This document shows positions 1 through 7,969 of a DNA stretch of 64,000 nt, one piece after another. The stretch's first letter is position 1. Every line of letters begins with the position of its first letter. Under the pieces are notes generated by a model. That model ran no database searches. It worked only from the letters and a program-made list of their open reading frames with translations, and was not told where the DNA came from. The position numbers were made by a program, and so were the translations under genes. The DNA is from Takakia lepidozioides (lineage: Eukaryota; Plantae; Bryophyta): positions 63,984,001 through 64,048,000 of the forward strand of contig CM060731.1 in the NCBI GenBank assembly GCA_030704615.1. Reading direction: 5' to 3'.

Positions 1-1452
1 ACTGGGACCACATCGGTGCCTTCTCTTTCTGAGGCATCACGTCGTCAAGTGTTGGGGCAAGCAATGGATCTAAATTGCTTGACCTGGATTATCAGCTTGG
101 CTATGGCTGAACAATGAAGAGTGCGGAGTGCACTTCCCTTGATGGTCTCTCTGCCTACCAAGATGGTACAGGCAGTGAGTGGGGGCAAGCCGGTGAGGAC
201 CACGGGGTGTAGACATCCATGGCACACGTGGGAGGTGATTGAGGTTCGGAGGGAGTTGGCAGCCAAGGCGGTTGTGATGGATGAGGTGGGGATTCTTCTT
301 GGATTGAGGAGATCCTCAAGGATGAGATGATGGGGCAGGATGAGGCCTTGTCATTGACGGAGCAGGCAGGGAGTACTGCTCATGAGGTTGCGGCATAGCA
401 ACCATGGGACGCGTCCTCTACCTCTAAGTCTGCTGGACTTAAGGTTGCAGTTACGGAGGACAATTGGGAGCCTGACATTGGACCCATTGTCACTGGAGGA
501 GAGAGACGACGTATACGGCGGTTCCTGAGGCTTACAAGAATTGCTTTGCCTTCAGTTTGAAGGATTTGAGAAGGACGAGGAGATGGTGCCGGGATGGCAT
601 GCATCTGCCTTTTTGTGTATCTTGGCATCAGGAGGTCAGATTGGACCTACAACAGGGATGACTATAGACGGAGTGTCTGAGGACCCTGAGGCTATTGATG
701 AGCCAGGTGGTGCCAGAGGTATACATGAGAATTCGGTTGTGTTGGACTACCTCCGCACTGGAGACACGGTAGCTAGTGTGACTGCCAAGGAGAGGGATCG
801 GATCCTGCAACGAGCCAAGAGGTTCAAGTGGGAGGGGATACACCTGCTGCGAGTGTAGGAGGATGGTTGGGTGAGGATCGTCCCTCACCCAACAGAGCGT
901 GCACGGTTAGTGCGGCATGCCCATGAGGAGTTGGGGCATTTTGGAGTGCGACGCACTCATAATTTACTGCAGGGGCAATATTGATGGCGTGGTATGCACA
1001 TAGAGGTGCAACAGTTCATGGCTAGGTGCATGGTATGTGACAGGGTGCGTGCTTCATTCAACGCCTCTACACCACAGTTGCATCCTTTACCCATCATGGG
1101 ATTGGGCTACAAGTGGAGTCTTGACTTCGCAGGGCCGTTGCCATTGATGATGCGCCACCACAGATATGTGTTGGTGATGGTGGAGTACTTCTCCAAGTGG
1201 ATTGAGTTGGTTCCATTGCCTGACAAGGCTAGTGAGGGGGCTGCGTATGCATTCCTGGAGCGTGTGCTTAGCCGATTCAGTGCTCCAGCTGAGGTACTCA
1301 CGGACCAAGGGAGAGAGTTCTTGGGGGAGTTTTAGGCTTTGTGTGATAAAGCCTTGATAGACCACCGTACCACTTCTTGGGATCATCCTGAGGCCGATGG
1401 CTTGGCAAAGAAAGTGGTGCAGACGGTGAAGAGGGGTTTGCGCAAGTATGGC
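1..1452 (+). mobile_element. Degenerate, internally deleted second copy of the DNMT-bearing Ty3/gypsy element (DNMT C-terminus and linker joined to partial integrase; runs off the window start)
   Basis: 1-~568 aligns to 6373-~6940, and ~568-1452 aligns to ~8295-9180. The RT/RNase H interval is missing. Integrase motifs WSLDFAG and TDQG are retained but with stops (TGG>TAG, TGG>TGA, CAG>TAG). Confidence 0.93.
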
Positions 1453-2056
1453 AGGCATTAGCAGTGGACAACAAACTGCTGTAGTTGGCGTTGAGGGCCT
1501 CAATATTGCTTTGGACAATCAGAACTCTGTTGGAGCCAACAGTTCTGTAGCTGTAGGTGAAATACCAAAGTGGGTGAAAGCTAGGCTTGGAACACAGCCA
1601 AAGACAGCCCCGGGGACCAAGGTGTTCAGCCACAAGGCCGTGGTGTACTGGAGTAGAGGAGCAGGAGCTACACAAGTTTGTGCAATCAAACAGCGTTGCA
1701 GCCGGACACGCTCTGCACAAGGCAACCACGAGCGGGGGTTCATTAGCGAGGACAAGTTTGTTCTGTTTGAAGGAGATGCAATCATTTGCAATGAAGACAC
1801 CCGCAACCGTCTCAAAGCTTTTGAGTTGAGAGACTATCAGACCCTACCTTTGTTTTCTTTAGTGTTTAGTGAGCGGGAGATAGGGGAGTATTGCTTTGTC
1901 TCTACTTGGCAGAAAGAGGAGGAGGGTTGGTTAGAGCGAGCTACTGTAGCTTGGGACAAGGTTAGTGGCAGGTTTATGGACATAGATATACCTCCTACAC
2001 CTTACCATCATGCAGAGCGAGGCACTTTGAGAGAAGTCTGGCAGATGATAGCATAG
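1448..2056 (+). CDS. Unknown 202-aa ORF, probably the 3' part of an extra ORF upstream of gag
   Basis: About 200 stop-free codons with globular-looking composition. It begins at the point where homology to integrase stops (…CGCAAGTATGGC|AGG…), and its ATG lies in the integrase-derived side of that junction. No domain recognised. Confidence 0.4.
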   Translation: MAGISSGQQTAVVGVEGLNIALDNQNSVGANSSVAVGEIPKWVKARLGTQPKTAPGTKVFSHKAVVYWSRGAGATQVCAIKQRCSRTRSAQGNHERGFISEDKFVLFEGDAIICNEDTRNRLKAFELRDYQTLPLFSLVFSEREIGEYCFVSTWQKEEEGWLERATVAWDKVSGRFMDIDIPPTPYHHAERGTLREVWQMIA

Positions 2057-2325
2057 ATCAGGATTAGATCTTGCTTGGTCGGGCTTCTATTCTTCCCCTC
2101 CATCTCTGTACTATTTTCATTACCTTGTACTTGTAGTTGCCAAAGCCTCTCTTGGTGGAGGCCAGTCAGTCCGGGGTTTTGGGTTGGGATATTCTGCAGG
2201 ATCAGTATTGCAGCTGGATTTTGGTGTGGGGGTGTTGATGTTTTGATTTCTTGTGTTTGGATCCCCCCCAACACCTGCATGCTTGACGGTGCGCCATATT
2301 GGTTTTGTGTGGGCGCTTGCTTTCA

Positions 2326-2460
2326 TAGGGATTAGGCCGGATTTGATCACCGGTCAATCCTAGAGTATGCTGTCGGTGGTGAGGCTGGAGTGATGACCAG
2401 CAAGACCACCAGTGTTTCTTCTATGGTGAGGCTGGGTTGATGACCAGCCAACCATAGGAG
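2326..2460 (+). other. Three tandem stem-loops in the gag leader (candidate packaging/dimerisation signal)
   Basis: GGATTAGGCCGG-ATTTGATCA-CCGGTCAATCC; GGTGGT-GAG-GCTGG-AGTGATGA-CCAGC-AAG-ACCACC; CTATGGT-GA-GGCTGG-GTTGATGA-CCAGCC-A-ACCATAG. Pairing read by eye; function inferred. Confidence 0.5.
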
Positions 2461-2576
2461 TTCTTGCGGTGGATGCAGGTGCAGGTGCCCTGAGCCACTG
2501 GGATATGACCCTTAAACTGCAACAGGTGCCTACCCGTGTCACTATTAGAACTAGTAATAGAGCCTTATAGTGTCAC

Positions 2577-5234
2577 GTGGGGGAGGTACACATTGTGAGT
2601 GTCATCACGGAGTTACCCAGGGGTTTTGAGGGGAGTACGGCTACAGGCAGTAGCAGTGAGAGTGGGTTCACCAGACGAGGTGTTCATTTCAGACCACCTT
2701 CACCTCCACCCTCAACTAGTGCAGAGTCAGACACAGACTCAGAGGCTTCATCAACAGGTATGCAGTTTCATTCGCCATTGTTGTGGGACGACATGGAGGA
2801 GATGTATGGAGCTACCAAGGGGCCTCGTAGGTACTCTGGAGCTGTGGGCACAATCGAGTTGGATGACTTAATCCAGGAGTTCGACAGTTGGTGTGATTTG
2901 CAGCAGATGCGCAATCCACAGCTATTCACCCCATTCATGGCGTGGAAGGGACTGTTCCAGCATTTGGAAGGTCCGCCTATGGACGATTACCACGAGTTCA
3001 GGCGAGGACATGAAGCAGAGATTGAGGAGTGGAGGATGTATTGGTCACCTGACTACGTCTCCATTACTCGAGGCACGACGCGACCAGTAGCTGCATCAAT
3101 ACCAATATCTCCCACTACCAGCACTAGTAGTGGAACAAGTAGTGCCGGTACTTCTACAGGTGGTACCAGTTCAAAATGTGCTACTACTCCTCCTGCCACG
3201 ACTACAACACATGTGCCTAGATTCAACCCGGTGGTGGAGTTCTTCCAGGAGTTGCGGAAGAACTATCAAGGTGTACGGACAGAGAAGCTGCGAAGTTTGC
3301 AAGACTTCCAGCGCAAACCCAGTGAGAGCTTGCGAGAGGCCTACACTCGTATGAGGCGCTTGATAAGTGTGACCCAAGGGGTTACTGAAGCTCAGGCAAT
3401 CCAGTTTTGGTATGGAATTTTGGACAAGGAGCTCAGGAGAAGGGTGCGGGATGCAACCCTGTTACAAGCAGCCCAACCCACATTAGCAGATGTGTTTCTG
3501 CTGGCTGAGCGGATTGAGCTCAACATGGTGGAGGAGCGAGTTGTTACCATTGGGTTTGGCAAGGACATGCATGCACGAGGCGTAGCTGCCAGCCCACAGG
3601 CACAAGGGACTGCCCAACAGCGTGGTCAGGGGGGCAAGGTTTCCCAACCCAAGTTCCATGGAGCTTACAGGGGACCTCAGGTGCAGAGGCCCGTGGCATC
3701 TTTTGTAGGCCAACAGCAACCAGGGGTGATATGTTGGACATGTGGAGGACCCCATGTCAAGAGAGATTGCCCAGAGAGTGGCAAAAGGCCGGCACAAACA
3801 CAGCCTGCACAGTTGCAGTGTGGGCATTGTGGCAAGTATGGGCATGGAGATGCCCAGTGTTATGACTTCCATCCTGAGTTGCGCCCAGGCCAGTTCCAAG
3901 GGAACAATGGTGGCCGGGGGCGAGGTGGACCAGCCCAAAGAGGACGAGGTGGTCGGGCACGAGGTGCAGGCCAAGGGCAAGCTCAACATGGCCAAGGACG
4001 CGGAGGTCAGGGTGTTGACCAAGGCATGGCCAACCGGCTTCAGCAGCTAGAGCAGAGGCTCGCTGCCATGGCTACAGCTCAGGTGGTACCGGCTCCCAGG
4101 CGGGATGGTCCACCTCCTGCTCCTGAGGGAGGAGATATGGGAAGCATGGGATTCATGTGCGGAGCAGCACTACCACTAGAGCAGGTGAAGTCTGCTGCAG
4201 AGGTGACTCGAGGAGCAGCACGAGTTCCTGAGCCACGAGGTGTAGAGGTGGAGTTGGATACACAACGTGGGGAGGCAAGCCGTCAGGCGAGGCTGCCTCA
4301 GTCATTCACCTTGGCGGAGACAGTGTCAACGCCATCCATGGCACCTAGTTCTCGCCCGACTGTTACCGAGGCGGAGGTTTCTATGCCATTGTGGAGAGTT
4401 ACACGTGCAGCACTGACACCTGCTGCCAAGGCTAGTGCAGCCGGTGTGTTGTTGGGGGCAGCCACCTTTGTGTGTCAAGCCCCACTGTTCTCGGCAACCA
4501 TGATTGCGACGCCAGGGGTAAGACCAGCTGCAGTGTTCAGACTAGCAGCAACACTCTGTGAGAGTGGGGAGGTCACTTCATCTTCTGCGGAGTTACTGGA
4601 AGGTGTAGTGGCAGAGGGATCCTCGGATTTGAGGGTCAAGACTGCCACGGCTGCGCCATGGCAAGCTGCAGCTGCCAGGTTGACGGAGCTGCCAGCTAGG
4701 CCAGCCTTTGAGTGCGCCATGGTGACACCTGGAGTTGTCTTGTTAGACAACCAGGATGTCATTTTCTCTTTGAGTGGACCGGCAGGCAAGAAGTACCGGC
4801 CACTGCGGGTCTTGTTGGACTCGGGAGCTCAGCCACTGATGTTGGGCAGAGCTGCTATTGCAGGTTTGGGCCTCATGGAGGCGGATATGGAGCCTTGTCA
4901 TTTCCAGATACAGACATCTCTGGGAGGATCAGAGCATGCTCGGGGCATGACACGGCATCAGTTGGCCATTAGACTGCAGCCGGATCATCCTATCGATGGC
5001 TCAGTAATGCGAGCCAAGGCCATTGTGACAGATGCGGTCTCTTACGATGTCCTCATTGGTGGGGCAGTGTTATACCCCATGGGCTTCACCCTGGACTTTT
5101 GGGAGGAGTCAGCATTCTACAGGCCTGGATGGCAGTCAGGGGATGGTCGTCGTGCACAGCTCCCTGTGACATTCATTGGGGGTATTGCGGCTGCCCAACG
5201 GGCCAACACTAGCCGCCTTTACAGCTGTAGTTAG
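2577..5234 (+). CDS. gag: Gag-protease polyprotein
   Basis: Capsid-like LQDFQRKPSESLREAYTRM; Zn knuckles CWTCGGPHVKRDC and CGHCGKYGHGDAQC; RGG/Gln-rich tract; retropepsin VLLDSGA…YDVLIGG. First ATG at 2760. Confidence 0.9.
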   Translation: MGEVHIVSVITELPRGFEGSTATGSSSESGFTRRGVHFRPPSPPPSTSAESDTDSEASSTGMQFHSPLLWDDMEEMYGATKGPRRYSGAVGTIELDDLIQEFDSWCDLQQMRNPQLFTPFMAWKGLFQHLEGPPMDDYHEFRRGHEAEIEEWRMYWSPDYVSITRGTTRPVAASIPISPTTSTSSGTSSAGTSTGGTSSKCATTPPATTTTHVPRFNPVVEFFQELRKNYQGVRTEKLRSLQDFQRKPSESLREAYTRMRRLISVTQGVTEAQAIQFWYGILDKELRRRVRDATLLQAAQPTLADVFLLAERIELNMVEERVVTIGFGKDMHARGVAASPQAQGTAQQRGQGGKVSQPKFHGAYRGPQVQRPVASFVGQQQPGVICWTCGGPHVKRDCPESGKRPAQTQPAQLQCGHCGKYGHGDAQCYDFHPELRPGQFQGNNGGRGRGGPAQRGRGGRARGAGQGQAQHGQGRGGQGVDQGMANRLQQLEQRLAAMATAQVVPAPRRDGPPPAPEGGDMGSMGFMCGAALPLEQVKSAAEVTRGAARVPEPRGVEVELDTQRGEASRQARLPQSFTLAETVSTPSMAPSSRPTVTEAEVSMPLWRVTRAALTPAAKASAAGVLLGAATFVCQAPLFSATMIATPGVRPAAVFRLAATLCESGEVTSSSAELLEGVVAEGSSDLRVKTATAAPWQAAAARLTELPARPAFECAMVTPGVVLLDNQDVIFSLSGPAGKKYRPLRVLLDSGAQPLMLGRAAIAGLGLMEADMEPCHFQIQTSLGGSEHARGMTRHQLAIRLQPDHPIDGSVMRAKAIVTDAVSYDVLIGGAVLYPMGFTLDFWEESAFYRPGWQSGDGRRAQLPVTFIGGIAAAQRANTSRLYSCS

Positions 5235-6702
5235 TTGGCCTGGAGAGTTGCTGGAAGGCAATGCCCATGCAGAAGATGTGCCACCTCCAGCAGAGCAGGA
5301 TGACATGCATGGTATGGCGGAGTTGCCTGCCATGGTTGCTCACACTCCATTGTGGGGTACGAGCAAGGATTTGCAGCAGGTTGCTAATCGACGGGTGCAA
5401 CAAGCCTGGGTAGAGGCTTTTGTACCGTCAGGAGAGGAGGAGAGTGCGGGTATTGCACCAGGACCACCTCAGTTGTCACCATTGGATACCACACCTATTG
5501 TGTGGCAGTATCCGGATGAAGGCATTTGCCTTCTGGACTTGTTTGGCGGGATCAGCACCGGATTGGCTGCTGTGCTACAGGCAGGTGTGTGGGTAAGGCG
5601 TTACCTGTATGTGGAGAGGGATGAGACTGCACGACGCGTCTCACTGCGCCATGTTGCTCAGTTGGTACAGCAGTACCTTGCTTTGTTGCCAGTGTCTGCA
5701 GTTCGTGGATACCAACAAGCCTTGCCAGCAGACATTTCGTTGCTGGGGGCGCCGGATTTGGAGCAGGTTGGCTCCATTGATCTGGTAGTGGCAGGTTGGC
5801 CCTGCCAAGGGCATTCATCAGCCGGGCATGGCAATGGATTGCGAGACTCGAGGACGGGTCTGTTTTGGGAGATGGTGCGGATTTTGCGCCACTTGCAGCT
5901 TCATCAAGCTGTATCTCCAGCATACATCTTGGAGAATGTGCCACTGATGGGCGATTCTCGGGCCAGGGTGATGGCCAGTGTGCATCAAGTCCGGTCGTGG
6001 CTTGGGTCAGCAGTGCTGCTGGATGCAGCTGCAGTAGGATCACGGGCTCATCGTCCACGACTATGGTGGACTAACTTGATGCCACCCGCACTGCTCAAGC
6101 GTGCATTTGATGGGGTGCAGCGGCCAACACACCTCATAGTGGACAGCATTTTGGACACAGGGAGGCAGTCTCAACGTGTGAGACACGATGACCGTTCGCC
6201 TTTGGCAGTGGTCAACAGGGTGGGTCAACCACGAGCAGCATTACCTACACTGCTCAGCTTCCCAGGATCCCATGCTTTTTCGGGATGGTGGACCTGGCCT
6301 CTGTGGGATAGCCAGTTGCAACAGTTAGTGGAGCCTAATGCCGACGAGCGAGAGCGGGCTATGGGATTTTCCACTGGGACCACGGCGGTGCCTTCTCTTT
6401 CTGAGGCATCACGTCGTCAGGTGTTGGGGCAAGCAATGGATCTCAATTGCTTGACCTGGATTATCAGCTTGGCTATGGCTGAGCAACGTAGAGTGCGGAG
6501 TGCACTTCCCTTGACGGTCTCTCTGCCTACCGAGACGGTACAGGCAGCGAGTGGGGGCGAGGCGGTGAGGACCACGGGGTGTAGACATCCATGGCACACG
6601 TGGGAGGTGCTCGAGGTTCAGAGGGAGTTGGCAGCCAAGGCAGCTGTGATGGATGAGGTTGGGGATTCTTCTCGGGATGAGGAGGTTTCAATGATGAGAT
6701 GA
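5176..6702 (+). CDS. DNMT3-like C5-cytosine DNA methyltransferase domain inside the retrotransposon
   Basis: Motif I LDLFGGIS (~5530), II YVERD, IV VVAGWPCQ (catalytic PC, 5800-5805), VI LENV (ENV 5932-5940), VIII AHRPRLWWTNL, IX ERERAMGF, X RRQVLGQAMD. Linear motif order, no introns, overlaps the end of the gag ORF. Confidence 0.92.
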   Translation: MGVLRLPNGPTLAAFTAVVSWPGELLEGNAHAEDVPPPAEQDDMHGMAELPAMVAHTPLWGTSKDLQQVANRRVQQAWVEAFVPSGEEESAGIAPGPPQLSPLDTTPIVWQYPDEGICLLDLFGGISTGLAAVLQAGVWVRRYLYVERDETARRVSLRHVAQLVQQYLALLPVSAVRGYQQALPADISLLGAPDLEQVGSIDLVVAGWPCQGHSSAGHGNGLRDSRTGLFWEMVRILRHLQLHQAVSPAYILENVPLMGDSRARVMASVHQVRSWLGSAVLLDAAAVGSRAHRPRLWWTNLMPPALLKRAFDGVQRPTHLIVDSILDTGRQSQRVRHDDRSPLAVVNRVGQPRAALPTLLSFPGSHAFSGWWTWPLWDSQLQQLVEPNADERERAMGFSTGTTAVPSLSEASRRQVLGQAMDLNCLTWIISLAMAEQRRVRSALPLTVSLPTETVQAASGGEAVRTTGCRHPWHTWEVLEVQRELAAKAAVMDEVGDSSRDEEVSMMR

Positions 6703-6770
6703 TGGGGCAGGATGAGGCCTTGTCATTGACTGAGCAGGAAGGGAGTACTGCTCAAGAGGTTGCAGCATAG

Positions 6771-7969
6771 CAACCACGGGACGCGTCCTCTACCTCTAAG
6801 CCCACTGGACTTAAGGTTGCAGTTACGGAGGACAATTGGGAGCCTGACATTGGACCCATTGTCACCGGAGGAGAGAGACGACGTATACGGCGGTTCCTGA
6901 GGGCTTACAGGAATTGCTTTGCCTTCAGTTTGAAGGACTTGGGAGCACTGAAGGGTCAAGAGATCCGTATTGAGTTGGCCACTGACACGCCAATCTTTCG
7001 GAGACCCTATAGATACAGTGACATGGAGAGGTCTTTGATTCAGATGAGGACTCAAGATCTCTGGGAGGCAGGTTTGGTGGAGCTCTCTGGTGGAGAGTAT
7101 GCTTCAGCCACAGTGATGCCAGCCAAAAGGATGTCTATGGCAATTGGACGGAGAGACGTATGTGCGGTGATTACCGGCCTGTAAATCGTCAGACCAAGTC
7201 CGATAGGTATGCCATGCCGACACCTTTGATGCCATTGGGCATTCCAAGGTCTTTAGCACGTTGGATTTACGATCCGGATATCACCAGTTGCCGATCAAGG
7301 AGGCGGATAAGCAAAAGACGACATTTTGGGGGATCAATGAGCACGGGAAGGATTGCCTATACCAGTGGCGGTTCTTACCATTTGGGCTTAAAAACGCTCC
7401 GCTGAGTTTCAAAGAGTCATGGACAGGATTCTAGCAGGGGTGGAGTTTGCTCGGTGCTACATAGATGACATCATCATCTTTAGTGCTACGGTGGAGGAGC
7501 ATGAGAGACACCTTCAGGGGGTATTTGAGCGCTTGAGGGCGCACGGATTGAAGTTACATCCGGGAAAGTGCAAGTTTTTCCACAACCAGATTGAGTATCT
7601 GGGTCACATGATATATCCTGGAGGATTGGGGGTACAGCAGACTAAGTAGAGTCCATTGCACAGGTTCCACGCCCCACGGATGTGAGCCGAGTTCGAGCTT
7701 TCATGGGGTTAGCAAACTATTACAGACGGTTTGTTAAGGGATTTAGTGCCATTGCAAAGGCTCTAACCAAGCTAACCAAGGTGGACCAGGAGTGGCAGTG
7801 GGAAGATGAGCAAGAACAAGCTTTTCAAGAGCTCAAGGCGAGGTTGACCTCGGCGCCCATCTTGAGACGACCTATCAGGGGGCGTCTTTTCAGCTGCATA
7901 CAGATTGGAGCATGCTGGGGCTTGGAGCGGTGCTCACACAGGTGGATGATGAGGGAAGAGAGTTCGTAG
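6771..7969 (+). pseudogene. pol: Reverse transcriptase and connection domain of pol, broken by about 5 small indels
   Basis: Across frames: RRPYRYS, EYASATVMPAK, MCGDYRPVN, LDLRSGYHQL, PFGLKNA, YIDDIIIFS, KCKFF, YLGH, FMGLANYYRRFV. The frame is open from 6771 into the 6930 ORF. Confidence 0.93.

Noticed and set aside
2385-2445. Box C/D snoRNA suggested by TGATGA motifs
   Set aside because: The motifs sit in hairpin loops of a retroelement leader, and I saw no convincing box D plus terminal stem arrangement.
5176-6702. Bacterial restriction-modification methylase or contamination
   Set aside because: Embedded between retroviral-type protease and RT, motifs are DNMT3-like, there is no restriction enzyme partner, and the contig continues into intron-containing plant genes.
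5176-6702. Host DRM, CMT or MET1 gene
   Set aside because: No circular permutation, no UBA/BAH/chromo domains, no introns, and the same context recurs in a second element copy.
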